This document shows, one piece after another, positions 25,285 through 34,270 of a stretch of DNA of 37,498 nucleotides. Positions within the stretch are counted from its first letter, which is position 1. Each line of letters starts with the position of its first letter. The DNA comes from Patescibacteria group bacterium (GTDB taxonomy: Bacteria > Patescibacteriota > Minisyncoccia > Phycocordibacterales > JBBUBG01): contig JAZKIQ010000001.1 of assembly GCA_040384765.1 (NCBI GenBank), positions 122,627 to 160,124 on the forward strand. The letters are read 5' to 3'. The position numbers were made by a program, and so were the translations under genes. The notes beneath the pieces were generated by a model. That model was not told the origin of the DNA. It did not search any database and saw only the letters and a list, made by a program, of their open reading frames with translations.

Positions 25285-25842
25285 TCAGGTTACATTAATA
25301 AGAGATGCCTTTGCCCTCCACCTCGCGAGCAGTGCATAGACAAGGAGCAGGGTGCTGTAGTTGAGAAGCACAAACCACCACTGTGCCCATGAAATCCCAT
25401 GAGCGAAAGTGACCGAGGAGAGGGGCCACAAAAGAGGGGTCGGGAAAAAGTGTGCCGTATGGGTAGGAATATCCATCAAAATGTGGAGAGGCCACCCAAG
25501 GAGCACTTTGGGGAATCTCCCCAACAGATACCACGCGAGAAGCGCAACAAGTCCGAACACAAAAAGACTGTGGCTGATGTTGTACAACGAGAGGGCAAGG
25601 GCGTACATCGCGCCCTCTCCTGCGGGCGGTTCAGTCTTATCCGGCGTAGGGAGCTCTGTCCCCTGCGTGAACACGGTATACATAGTCCAGACGAATGGGA
25701 CCGTAAAAGCAAACAGATCTGGAAATATTCCCCAGAAAAATGCCTGCCACCAAGGCAGCCGTGTAGCCTCTTCTGGTTCACCTTTTTTCGTCTGCGCTTT
25801 TGCAAGGACGCCTGCCCAAAGGCCATGTGAAAGGATATCCAT
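25285..25842 (-). CDS. Membrane-bound metal-dependent hydrolase (YdjM-like)
   Basis: MDILSHG, FPDL, SHSL, HILMDIPTH, LLWPLS. Confidence 0.85.
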   Translation of the reverse strand: MDILSHGLWAGVLAKAQTKKGEPEEATRLPWWQAFFWGIFPDLFAFTVPFVWTMYTVFTQGTELPTPDKTEPPAGEGAMYALALSLYNISHSLFVFGLVALLAWYLLGRFPKVLLGWPLHILMDIPTHTAHFFPTPLLWPLSSVTFAHGISWAQWWFVLLNYSTLLLVYALLARWRAKASLINVT

Positions 25843-25942
25843 CCCGTTAGAAGCTCCCGTTGTTTAAGCCCCTCATTAAACAAGGGCCTTGACTGGCGGC
25901 CATTGTAAATGAGCTTTCCATAAGACTGTAGCTTCTAACGGG
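25843..25942. mobile_element. MITE (100 bp), TIR CCCGTTAGAAGCT, 6-bp TSD ATCCAT
   Basis: Perfect 13-bp TIRs; ATCCAT at 25837-25842 and 25943-25948. Confidence 0.85.
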
Positions 25943-25991
25943 ATCCATATCCCTAGTGTAACGCATCTGGAAAGAGAGCGTCTTAGACGGC

Positions 25992-26369
25992 ATGAGCCAA
26001 CAACCCTATCTCCTGCCGGTCGTTGTGTTTCTTGCCATCATCGCACTCGCGTTTGTGCCCGCAAACGGAGTTCGTGTACAGACACCACTTCTCCCCCAAA
26101 CAGGTGGAGGGGTGGCCTCGCCTCGCATAGTCGGCACTGTTCGCTTTGCTGATGGTTCGCCCTACCAGGGTCCTGTTGTAGTTTCAGGCACTGCGCAAGC
26201 GGTCACCCTGGAGACGAATCAAAGTGGCATTTTTTCGATCGTAGGTTTGCCAGGCATGTACACCGTTACTATCCCACTGGGCCCCCGCACAACGACCGAA
26301 GTACAAGCAACGGTGAACCTCGAGGCTCTTCAAGATACTCACGTAACAATCACCATCAACACATTCTAG
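25992..26369 (+). CDS. Secreted protein, carboxypeptidase-regulatory-like beta domain
   Basis: Signal/TM, IVGTVRFADGSP, TNQSGIFSIVGLPGMYTVT. Confidence 0.75.
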   Translation: MSQQPYLLPVVVFLAIIALAFVPANGVRVQTPLLPQTGGGVASPRIVGTVRFADGSPYQGPVVVSGTAQAVTLETNQSGIFSIVGLPGMYTVTIPLGPRTTTEVQATVNLEALQDTHVTITINTF

Positions 26370-27013
26370 TTACCGAGATCGATGGGCTTTGTGAGAGACG
26401 TACGAAACAGATCATACTCCGCCGGGAAAAAGCGCTTGGCCATTTCGTGGATGCCGTATGTGATGAAAAATGCAGCAAACACGTCAATGGAATAGTGTAG
26501 GTGGCCAAGAAGTACCGTCGCCCCAAACCCAAGAGAGGAGAAGAGGAACAGATAGCGCAGAAGTGACTCTTTCCAATACATGAGTGCCATTAAAAATGGT
26601 ATCCCGGTATGTCCTGAGAAGAACAGGTCCCCTCCAAACGTAAATGTCGAGACAACCAGGTTGTACGGATCGCGAATCGGAAGATGCGGCACTGGGCCAA
26701 GATGCGTAAGCGTAATAAACAACGAACGCACCACAATAAAGAGCGAGAGCGCTTTGAGGAAAAAGGGCACCTCCTTCGGCCTTCGCAGAAGCACCAGGCC
26801 AAGCACAGCCCAGAAAAACAGTGTGCCGTACACGAATACGAGACTGACATCAAATACCGGAAGAATATCGAGGATAAGATCGTCGACATACATTCCGCCA
26901 CGGCTGGTCGCATACGTGCCTGCGTAGAAGTTTGCAACAAGTGCCAGCGCGAGAAGCAGTGAGCCAGAGAGAATCATCCCCCAGTACTCGCGCGTAAAAA
27001 GGGATCTGTTCAT
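26366..27013 (-). CDS. Sphingomyelin-synthase-like PAP2 family membrane enzyme
   Basis: DLFFSGHT and HYSIDV motifs, about 6 TM. Confidence 0.85.
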   Translation of the reverse strand: MNRSLFTREYWGMILSGSLLLALALVANFYAGTYATSRGGMYVDDLILDILPVFDVSLVFVYGTLFFWAVLGLVLLRRPKEVPFFLKALSLFIVVRSLFITLTHLGPVPHLPIRDPYNLVVSTFTFGGDLFFSGHTGIPFLMALMYWKESLLRYLFLFSSLGFGATVLLGHLHYSIDVFAAFFITYGIHEMAKRFFPAEYDLFRTSLTKPIDLGN

Positions 27014-27029
27014 GAGAGTTCGAAGAGAG

Positions 27030-27521
27030 CTACGGTGTTACAACCACGGCACCGAGATCGCGCTCGTTGTTGAGATTTTTGTATCCCCAAGCACCCTTCA
27101 TACCAAAGTTGAACGTCCACGACTGCCCTTTTGCGATAGACTTACCCGTATCAAAGCCAGGATAAAATTGGTCCTTTGCTGTTGGATGACCGTACGAGGT
27201 AACCCAGAGAGCACGTGAGCTTCCGTTTACAAATTTTACCGACTCACCAAGCTTTACCTCTACGAGAAACGGAGTAAAACCTTTGTCGGTGTACGTAACC
27301 GTAACAACGCCCTTTGCATCTCGGCCGGTTTTGCTATACGAGCTCTGGAGAAGAGGCTTCTTTGGAGCAGTAGCGGTAACAGGTGCGCCATCTTCTGTGG
27401 TAGTAGCACCAAGAGAAGATTCATCGCTAGGCATCATGTTCGCTTCATTCCCTTTCCACAGAGCAAACGCTGCGATTACGATAACGAGGACGCCGAGTCC
27501 AAAGAGCCAATTTTTTTTCAT
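27030..27521 (-). CDS. Membrane-anchored cupredoxin-fold protein
   Basis: VTYTDKGFTP, GESVKFVN, WTFNFGMKGAWGYKN; classic Cu-ligand Cys absent. Confidence 0.75.
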   Translation of the reverse strand: MKKNWLFGLGVLVIVIAAFALWKGNEANMMPSDESSLGATTTEDGAPVTATAPKKPLLQSSYSKTGRDAKGVVTVTYTDKGFTPFLVEVKLGESVKFVNGSSRALWVTSYGHPTAKDQFYPGFDTGKSIAKGQSWTFNFGMKGAWGYKNLNNERDLGAVVVTP

Positions 27522-27620
27522 GTACACAAATAGTTAAAGATTCAGATCGATACCTCTATTAAAACGCACTCCCGAGATCTGGTCAATGGAAAACTATCGT
27601 GTGCGCGGCGTTTGCTCACC

Positions 27621-27920
27621 CTATTTTGGGAGATCAAGACGATCGAGCCGCAAAAGTCGAAACCCCAGATACACAACAAGTGCAATAATAAAAAAATCGA
27701 TCATCCGAGAAACAAAATCTCCCCATTTTATTGTTGCTGTTCCAACAGTCCACACAGCGAGCGATAGGTCACCTGCTTTTCCAAGAGCGAGACCCACGAG
27801 AGGGTTGACGATATCTTCAACGAGCGCTGACACAAGCTTTTGCACAGCGCCACCAAGGACAAAACCGATCGCGAGACCCACAACTCCCTGTTTTCGTACA
27901 AACTCGATAAAGCCGGTCAT
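27621..27920 (-). CDS. mscL: Large-conductance mechanosensitive channel
   Basis: FIEFVRKQGVVGLAIGFVLGGA, LVEDIVNPLVG, WGDFVSRMIDF. Confidence 0.92.
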   Translation of the reverse strand: MTGFIEFVRKQGVVGLAIGFVLGGAVQKLVSALVEDIVNPLVGLALGKAGDLSLAVWTVGTATIKWGDFVSRMIDFFIIALVVYLGFRLLRLDRLDLPK

Positions 27921-27956
27921 GAGGAAAAATGAATGTGAATGATATGCAAAATTATA

Positions 27957-28319
27957 CTACGGCTCGAGATAGCACGAGAAGCGGGCCTCATCGCATACCG
28001 GGCGATACCCTGGCACACTCGAAGGCTTGTACAGCCTAGGATCGCCATCTTGTGCGTAGCTCTCGATCGGAAAGGCACCCGTGCCGTATGTTTCGAGGGG
28101 CCCATATACCGAGGCTTCGTTTGGATACGCACCTTCGCGCGCATATTCAGTCTGATACTCAAAGCCAGGAGGTGGTGTGTATCGTATTCCCACAACAGGA
28201 AGATCATCCCTTGGAATGAGGGGAGCAAGCTTAAAATCAAGAAACCAGAAAGCGAGTACGGCAAAGACGACTATTCCCAACGGATCGCTCTCGCCTTTTT
28301 GGAAAAATCCTCTGTTCAT
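27957..28319 (-). CDS. Hypothetical membrane-anchored protein
   Basis: N-terminal TM, terminal C..C pair; TAGAAT 8 nt before ATG. Confidence 0.65.
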   Translation of the reverse strand: MNRGFFQKGESDPLGIVVFAVLAFWFLDFKLAPLIPRDDLPVVGIRYTPPPGFEYQTEYAREGAYPNEASVYGPLETYGTGAFPIESYAQDGDPRLYKPSSVPGYRPVCDEARFSCYLEP

Positions 28320-28391
28320 GGGCGACCATTCTACCCCACTATGGAGTGCATCCGGAAGACGACAAAACCAAAAAAGTATTGTGCCGTTGGC

Positions 28392-28793
28392 CTACCCCTC
28401 CTTTTTGAGGTCGAGGCATGCAGAGTTGATACAGTAGCGCTTGCCAGACTCTCCCGGGCCATCATCAAACACGTGTCCCAGATGGGAGCCGCATCGCGCA
28501 CAATTTACTTCGGTGCGAGACATACCATGACTCGTATCAGAATGAAGGGTCACCCCGCCACTCTTTGATACATCGGTAAATGAAGGCCAGCCAGTACCTG
28601 AATCAAATTTGGTATCCGAAGAGAAGAGCTCGTTGCCGCATACAGCACAGGTGTACATACCACTCTCGTGAGAGTTGTAATATTTACCGGTAAATGGCGC
28701 CTCGGTGCCTTTCTCGCGCAAAATATGATACTGGTCAGGTGTGAGCTTCTTTTTAAGCTCCTCCTCGCTTGGCATTTTAAAATTGTCGTCCAT
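28392..28793 (-). CDS. msrB: Peptide methionine-R-sulfoxide reductase
   Basis: [35 protein letters not shown]; start 28793 with TACTAT 6 nt upstream. Confidence 0.97.
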   Translation of the reverse strand: MDDNFKMPSEEELKKKLTPDQYHILREKGTEAPFTGKYYNSHESGMYTCAVCGNELFSSDTKFDSGTGWPSFTDVSKSGGVTLHSDTSHGMSRTEVNCARCGSHLGHVFDDGPGESGKRYCINSACLDLKKEG

Positions 28794-28807
28794 GGGACAA
28801 TAGTACA

Positions 28808-28917
28808 AGAGTTTAGAGCCCAGAGTCCAGAGCTTAGTCAAAATAAAAAGCAATGCGCCTCTTCGAGGCGCATTGCGTCTAATCTCTGAACTCTGACAAC
28901 TGAGCTCTCTGCTGCTA
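28808..28917. repeat. Hairpin flanked by inverted heptamer tracts
   Basis: agagttt agagccc agagtcc agagctt ... GCAATGCGCCTC-ttc-GAGGCGCATTGC ... ctctgaa ctctgac aactgag ctctctg. Confidence 0.7.
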
Positions 28918-29961
28918 GAGTCCCAAAAACTTAGTCTTAAAAAGAGTCCATGCACCTCCAAACACCGTTGCTGCAGCGCTTGTCTCTGCTTCGATAAAAG
29001 AGGTTGGGGATACCTTTGGAGAGTTTCCACGCACACTCTGCATTTTGGCAAGAAGATCCTGGAGCTTATCGGCAAAAAGATCTACGTCGTCAAGGGAAGG
29101 ATTCGCAAGCGCAGCATATGCCGACTGAGCCTCACCGAAGAGAGTCCTCACTTCTGTCAGATCCATCTTGTTCGTCCGAGCAAGCGAAGCAATCTCGCGC
29201 TTGATCCTTGGCAGCGTTGTCGCTGCAGCCGTTATTTGAGTTACCGCACGATCACATTCGCCAAGCTGTAACATGACATCACTAATATCAGACTGGTCGA
29301 TATCTTCTACGGTTTCCGCATTAGCAGCCCTGAGAGATAGTGTGAGCGCTGAAGCCATTTCAAGCATCTCGGTGCATTCAGAAGGCATTCCGATTGACTT
29401 CGGCAGCTTTGTAGCTTTTTTCTTAAATGCCGCAACCTTTTTATCAAGGGCTGTCGCATTTTTCTTAGCTGCGATAAGCATCTGTGCGGAAGAAGGAGCT
29501 TTCGAAGGGCCAAAATGATCCTGGAGCTCTTTTTCTATTCGATCAGCAACATTCGGGTTCTGCGCACTAGCGCTCACGGATGTCTGTGCGCCAGTCGTAT
29601 TCTGGGCTGGAAACGTTTTAGGAAGTGGGAGCGGTGGCTTCGAGAGAGCAGGCGGGGCAACAATCGGCGCACTACCCGGCGTGATCGCCTGAATAGCCTG
29701 AAGCTCTCGTATCTGCTCAGGCGACATGCGGCGAAGATCTTCTACTGTCGGAGGGTCAGTCCGGAGATGCTCCTGCAACTCGAGGAGTTGTTCTGGCGAG
29801 AGGTTGCTGAACGATCGCACCACCGGAGGTGGAGGAGGCGGAGGAGGAAAAGACCCTGCTGTCTGGGCAACCAAAGCTTGCGGTGGCGGCACTGCAGGCA
29901 ACGCATCTCGTACAGGATTAAGAGGCGCAAGCAAAGCGGCTACAATATGTAAGAAGTCCAT
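28915..29961 (-). CDS. Pro-rich, helical hypothetical protein with C-terminal hydrophobic tail
   Basis: 348 aa ORF, poly-Pro, repeated (L/M)SPEQ; TACTAT 6 nt before ATG. Confidence 0.75.
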   Translation of the reverse strand: MDFLHIVAALLAPLNPVRDALPAVPPPQALVAQTAGSFPPPPPPPPVVRSFSNLSPEQLLELQEHLRTDPPTVEDLRRMSPEQIRELQAIQAITPGSAPIVAPPALSKPPLPLPKTFPAQNTTGAQTSVSASAQNPNVADRIEKELQDHFGPSKAPSSAQMLIAAKKNATALDKKVAAFKKKATKLPKSIGMPSECTEMLEMASALTLSLRAANAETVEDIDQSDISDVMLQLGECDRAVTQITAAATTLPRIKREIASLARTNKMDLTEVRTLFGEAQSAYAALANPSLDDVDLFADKLQDLLAKMQSVRGNSPKVSPTSFIEAETSAAATVFGGAWTLFKTKFLGL

Positions 29962-30063
29962 TGCGTCATAGTAACACCGAAGACCCCGATCAGTTCATAC
30001 AACTCTGTGGAAAAAAGATCTCCCCAGGCAAATATCTCAGATATACGATACGATAGAGACAGC

Positions 30064-31491
30064 ATGACTCCTCTCCAAAAGCCTCTTCACGTCCACTCCC
30101 TTCGCGGCGCGCTCTTTTTTCTGATCCTCTCTCTCCTCGCACCACCCTATGTAAAGGTGAGCGCCGAAGCGCCGACGATCACCTCGTTCGTCGCAACCAA
30201 CAACACCATTCTCATGCGTTTTGCATGGGAGATATCAAATGGCGGCGGCCACTCTTTTTCGGTACCCTGCATCCCAAATATTCGCTACTACAAAACAGAC
30301 TTTTCGAGCTTTGCATGCGGTACTCCAACATCCATAAGCACCAGCGCCTCCGCCGCTTTTGAGCTGTTTGCTGCCAACTATTCAGGTGGACCAACTCTCG
30401 TGACAGCCTACCTTACCCCGCTCGATGGGTCTGGGACTCCCTTTTCTGAAGCAGCTCGAGCGGTATCACTGACAATCCCGAGTATCACCTACCCCATCGA
30501 CACGTTCGACCTTTCCACTACCACCATAAGCTCAGCCTATCCGACACTCACCCTTTCTTGGTCAACCGACAAATGGGTACCGGGCGCAAACTTCATTTTT
30601 GAGTGCAGACCTTCTATCACCATATACGAAGGCACCACCCTCGATGGGCGACCACTTCCCTGCGGAACAATAGCTTACAGCACCGCCCTTCCCACGACAG
30701 GTGGACGACAGTTTACCTTCAAAAACAGCGGCACTGATGCAGATACTGTTTCAATCTCGATAATCCCTTCTCTTGACGACGGCTTCGACCAGACCCACCC
30801 CACAACAAAGTCGGTGGTGGTGCGCGCCACAAAAGAAGAAACTCCTTCGATCACCGTAACCCCCGAAGAGGTTATGCTCCTAAGCAAAGCCACCACCACC
30901 ATCTCCTGGGTCGCCAAAAACTCTCCAGGTGTGCGCATCGCTCTCGCCTGTGCAAACAACAGCACCATTCTGCTCGGCGACCCCTCAATTACCTGTACCC
31001 GAAATACGGAAAAGCAGTTCCCTCCCACAGGATCGATCACGATCGTAGGCGAATCAAAAGATGGCGGAAGGACGAGCGCAACTCTCGAGATCTTTCCAGC
31101 CGCAAAAGATGGAACATACGTTCTTGGACTTTCAAAAAAAGCGCACATTATCATTGGCCCAATCTCACAACCGCTTCCACAAAAAGAGGTTACCCCAATC
31201 TCCCCATCAGTTACCCTAGTACCTGTGCCCACAAAAACGGTATCGCCCACGCCAGCCTTTCGCTTCACAAAAACAATCAGGCGAGGCTCCGAGAACAACG
31301 ATGTTACCGAACTGCAAAAACTCCTCTCCCGTTTTCCCGCCATCTACCCTGAAAAAATAGTACTCGGCTATTTTGGAGCCGCGACAGAGAGAGCTGTTGC
31401 TCGCCTTAAAGTGAAATACAAGATAGTGGGTGATCCTGTAGGTGTTGTTGGTCCGAAGACTCGAGCAGTTCTCAACTCGCTCAGCAAATAG
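30064..31491 (+). CDS. Secreted Ig-like repeat protein with C-terminal peptidoglycan-binding domain
   Basis: Signal peptide, three Thr-rich repeats with W and paired Cys, IRRGSENNDVTELQKLL...GVVGPKTRAVLN. Confidence 0.85.
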   Translation: MTPLQKPLHVHSLRGALFFLILSLLAPPYVKVSAEAPTITSFVATNNTILMRFAWEISNGGGHSFSVPCIPNIRYYKTDFSSFACGTPTSISTSASAAFELFAANYSGGPTLVTAYLTPLDGSGTPFSEAARAVSLTIPSITYPIDTFDLSTTTISSAYPTLTLSWSTDKWVPGANFIFECRPSITIYEGTTLDGRPLPCGTIAYSTALPTTGGRQFTFKNSGTDADTVSISIIPSLDDGFDQTHPTTKSVVVRATKEETPSITVTPEEVMLLSKATTTISWVAKNSPGVRIALACANNSTILLGDPSITCTRNTEKQFPPTGSITIVGESKDGGRTSATLEIFPAAKDGTYVLGLSKKAHIIIGPISQPLPQKEVTPISPSVTLVPVPTKTVSPTPAFRFTKTIRRGSENNDVTELQKLLSRFPAIYPEKIVLGYFGAATERAVARLKVKYKIVGDPVGVVGPKTRAVLNSLSK

Positions 31492-31577
31492 GTTGATAGA
31501 GCGCGACCGTAATGGGGAGAGCTCCGGCTCGTCTTTTGTGGTGAGTCTGAAAAGCTTAGCCACATCACATAACGATC

Positions 31578-32492
31578 ATGTTCATCGCCCGTAGCGCACT
31601 GCTAGCAGCGGGAGTTGCGATCCTTGCCTCCTCTGCTCATTTTGCCGTAGCAGCCGATACCTTAGAGAGGCCATTTCTCATTAGTGGCCTAGAACAGAGT
31701 GAGATTCTCGCCTGGAGGACAGAGGCATCCACTATTGCCCTCGAAGCTGGAGCTCCTCCCAAGGAAGCCCAGGCTCCTTCGGGAATTACCCTCGTCACAA
31801 GCTCTCAGCTCAAGGAGACGATCCTGCCGGTAGAGTCCAACGCATTTGTTGCCACCTTTCAAAACACCGGCCTCGCAACAACCGGCCTCATCAACCTTGA
31901 ACTCAAAGATTCCGAAGGAAAGAAATGGAAGCAGGCGTATTGGGACAACCTCATGCTTGGTCCGGGAGCGTACCGCACGGGAGTCCTCGAAACTGGCTTT
32001 TTGCCTGTCGGCACCTACTCGTGGAGCGCTGGAGTGTTTGATCCAAGCTGGGGAGCCACCCGCGAATGGCACGACTCACTCCTCTCTTTTACGGTGAGCA
32101 CCAGCACAAGCGCCACCACAACCGCTACGAAGAGTACCGGTTTTCCGATCGGCCCTTCAGTACGTGGGGCAGACTGGAATGGAAATATTATGGTTACGCA
32201 CATCGAGAAGCCAGAGAAGGGCCGCGATGTAACGCTGTACCTTATCTCCACCGGAAGTGACGCATACGGAGTGACGACGCATCTTCTCCTCAAGAACCCA
32301 CATACCGGTGAAGTCGTCCTCGATGTAACAACCCGTGAAAAAGATATCTCTTCAAGCGAACCGCAGGCATATGGCCTGACGGTGCCACCAAGCTTCCCCG
32401 GGGGCACCTATGGACTCGCCGTGCAGGTGTACAACAAGAACTATTCACTCAATAGTGTGTTTGCTGACCTCGGAACGGTAGAGGTGCAATAA
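31578..32492 (+). CDS. Secreted beta-rich hypothetical protein
   Basis: Signal peptide ending AVAA, two Ig-like domains with G-x-Y motifs and a Thr linker. Confidence 0.8.
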   Translation: MFIARSALLAAGVAILASSAHFAVAADTLERPFLISGLEQSEILAWRTEASTIALEAGAPPKEAQAPSGITLVTSSQLKETILPVESNAFVATFQNTGLATTGLINLELKDSEGKKWKQAYWDNLMLGPGAYRTGVLETGFLPVGTYSWSAGVFDPSWGATREWHDSLLSFTVSTSTSATTTATKSTGFPIGPSVRGADWNGNIMVTHIEKPEKGRDVTLYLISTGSDAYGVTTHLLLKNPHTGEVVLDVTTREKDISSSEPQAYGLTVPPSFPGGTYGLAVQVYNKNYSLNSVFADLGTVEVQ

Positions 32493-32493
32493 A

Positions 32494-32608
32494 GCAAAGG
32501 GACAAGGGATTAGGGACGAGGGACAAGTCTGCAGAAAATAAAGAGCGTCGCCCTTTGAGCGACTCTCTTTATTTGAATTTACTTGTCCCTTGTCCCTGTT
32601 CCCTGATA
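32494..32608. repeat. Terminator hairpin flanked by inverted heptamer tracts (AGGGACA / TGTCCCT)
   Basis: agggaca agggatt agggacg agggaca ... AAATAAAGAG..GTCGC/GCGAC..CTCTTTTATTT ... tgtccct tgtccct gttccct. Confidence 0.8.
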
Positions 32609-32609
32609 C

Positions 32610-33320
32610 CTACGCAACTCTTTCCGCAAACACCACCAGCCGCTCTGCATAGGTGTTCTCGCCTGGCAGCCACTCCCCATGGCACGTGATCAGGTTGAGA
32701 TGAGCCTTGCCGTCAGATGAGAGGAACACATCGGAGGTGTTTGGCTCACTGCGATCGTATACATGCGTACGAGTCACGCGAAAGGTAACGGTCGTCCCAT
32801 CGGCTCGCAGAAACTGAAATGTATCACCCACAGCAAGCGACGAGAGATGCTTGAATACTCCGGGAGTTGATCCGCCGTTGTCGACGTGAGCTCCAAGCAC
32901 AGCCGTGCCAACCTCGCCAGGCAACGCACCACCATTCCACCAACCAATATCTACAAAGTTGTTCGGTACGGCCATCTTGCCGTTTTTCTCAAGGCCCATC
33001 GAGAGAACCTGCGCATCTACGCCAATCTCCGGAATCTGGAGAAGTCCAATCGAGTTTTTCTTCTGCGGAGCTGGAGTAGCCACAGGCCGAGCAATACTCA
33101 CCGGAACTGCTGCGACTGTTTTTTCTTCGATCAATGGAGGGCTTACTAGCGTGACGGGCTCCACCACAGTTGGTGCCGGCGACTCTTTTACCACAACAAT
33201 CGGATTAGGTGATGAAGCAACAGAGAGCGGGGCGGCATAGGCAGCTTTTATCGCCGTTCCGAGAAGTGCAACGCCGATCATAATAAAGATGAGACGAAAA
33301 AGTCGATATGAAAGATCCAT
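32610..33320 (-). CDS. Class F sortase
   Basis: LQIPEIGVDA, PGEVGTAVLGAHVD, LNLITC, ERLVVFA; start 33320 with TACACT 6 nt upstream. Confidence 0.92.
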   Translation of the reverse strand: MDLSYRLFRLIFIMIGVALLGTAIKAAYAAPLSVASSPNPIVVVKESPAPTVVEPVTLVSPPLIEEKTVAAVPVSIARPVATPAPQKKNSIGLLQIPEIGVDAQVLSMGLEKNGKMAVPNNFVDIGWWNGGALPGEVGTAVLGAHVDNGGSTPGVFKHLSSLAVGDTFQFLRADGTTVTFRVTRTHVYDRSEPNTSDVFLSSDGKAHLNLITCHGEWLPGENTYAERLVVFAERVA

Positions 33321-33340
33321 TGATTGAGTGTATAGGTTAG

Positions 33341-33502
33341 TGCCGTGCTTTTTGGGCAGAAGAAAGGGCGCTCCCTTTATAGAGTGCCCGGCTTTCGTCA
33401 CAGATATCCGCTTACTAGCGGATTCCGCGACCCCGCCTCAGTCGCCTTCGCTCCCTCCGGCCGATGACAGCTTATCTGTTCTCTGTCATCCAACACACGG
33501 TA
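33341..33502. repeat. Multi-hairpin REP-like intergenic element
   Basis: CCGTG..CACGG enclosing GGGCGCTC/GAGTGCCC, TCCGCT/AGCGGA, GATGACAG/CTGTCATC. Confidence 0.5.
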
Positions 33503-33570
33503 GCGTAAGTATATCGGCCCTCTACGGGAACACAAGCACAGCAATAGTGTCAAAAAAGTTCCGGAACAGC

Positions 33571-33739
33571 CCTCCTCTTAAAACGGCTTCAAAATCTAAA
33601 AGGGAATAGTCAGATCAGGAATTCCAAAATGCCTCATCGGCACGTGGTTCCCGTGCTCACTTTGTGTAGCACGACCACTATTTTGGTTTCCTGTCCTTCC
33701 TTTCCCTTAAGAGCTTTTTGCAGATGTTTTAAGAAGAGG
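33571..33739. repeat. Long imperfect inverted repeat (degenerate MITE-like)
   Basis: CCTCCTCTTAAAAC/GTTTTAAGAAGAGG outer arms, AAGGGAA/TTCCCTT, CAGGAA..CCAAAAT/ATTTTGG..TTCCTG inner arms. Confidence 0.6.
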
Positions 33740-33767
33740 TCAGATTCCTCCACAGACCGCGAAAGAT

Positions 33768-34175
33768 TCAGATCTTTTCCATCACGGTTTGCTCACCGAA
33801 CTCTTCATCGGCTAGATCCGCCTGCGCTTCTGCTTTGGTTTTGTGGATACGGCCATCGATGTGGTTTGGGGGTGCGTAAACGGTGTACACCTTGAGCGAT
33901 GTACTGCCAGTATTGAGAAAGTTGTGCTTCGTGCCTGGAGTGACCACCACCACGTCGCCCGCACCTATCGTATACTCCTCCCCTCCTACAAAGGCCTTCC
34001 CCTCACCCTCGAGAAAAAAGAGTGTCTGTTCAACATGGGCATGCACCTCAGCTCCAATATCCTCTCCTGGCTTAATGTCCATCACCACGAGCTGGGAAAG
34101 CTCGCCCGTAAAAAGCGTGGTGCGAAAATTCGTGTTGTTTTTTGCCTCTTCCAAAATACGTGTATGATATGACAT
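33768..34175 (-). CDS. Cupin domain protein
   Basis: SQLVVMDI, GAEVHAHVEQ, TPGTKHNFLN, VYAPPNH. Confidence 0.92.
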   Translation of the reverse strand: MSYHTRILEEAKNNTNFRTTLFTGELSQLVVMDIKPGEDIGAEVHAHVEQTLFFLEGEGKAFVGGEEYTIGAGDVVVVTPGTKHNFLNTGSTSLKVYTVYAPPNHIDGRIHKTKAEAQADLADEEFGEQTVMEKI

Positions 34176-34250
34176 ATGAATCACAAAGCTTCTAAAGTTG
34201 TTGTAGTGCTTCTCGTGCTGGTAGGCATTATCTACTTCCTCGCCAATTAA
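34176..34250 (+). CDS. Putative 24-aa membrane peptide
   Basis: MNHKASKVVVVLLVLVGIIYFLAN; TATGAT 7 nt before ATG, matching the window's leaderless pattern. Confidence 0.45.
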   Translation: MNHKASKVVVVLLVLVGIIYFLAN

Positions 34251-34270
34251 CCCCTGCTTCTTAAATCTTT

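Noticed and set aside
30688-30702. LPTTG in the peptidoglycan-binding protein as a sortase signal
   Set aside because: It is internal, has no following TM, and matches FPPTG at the same position in the next Ig-like repeat
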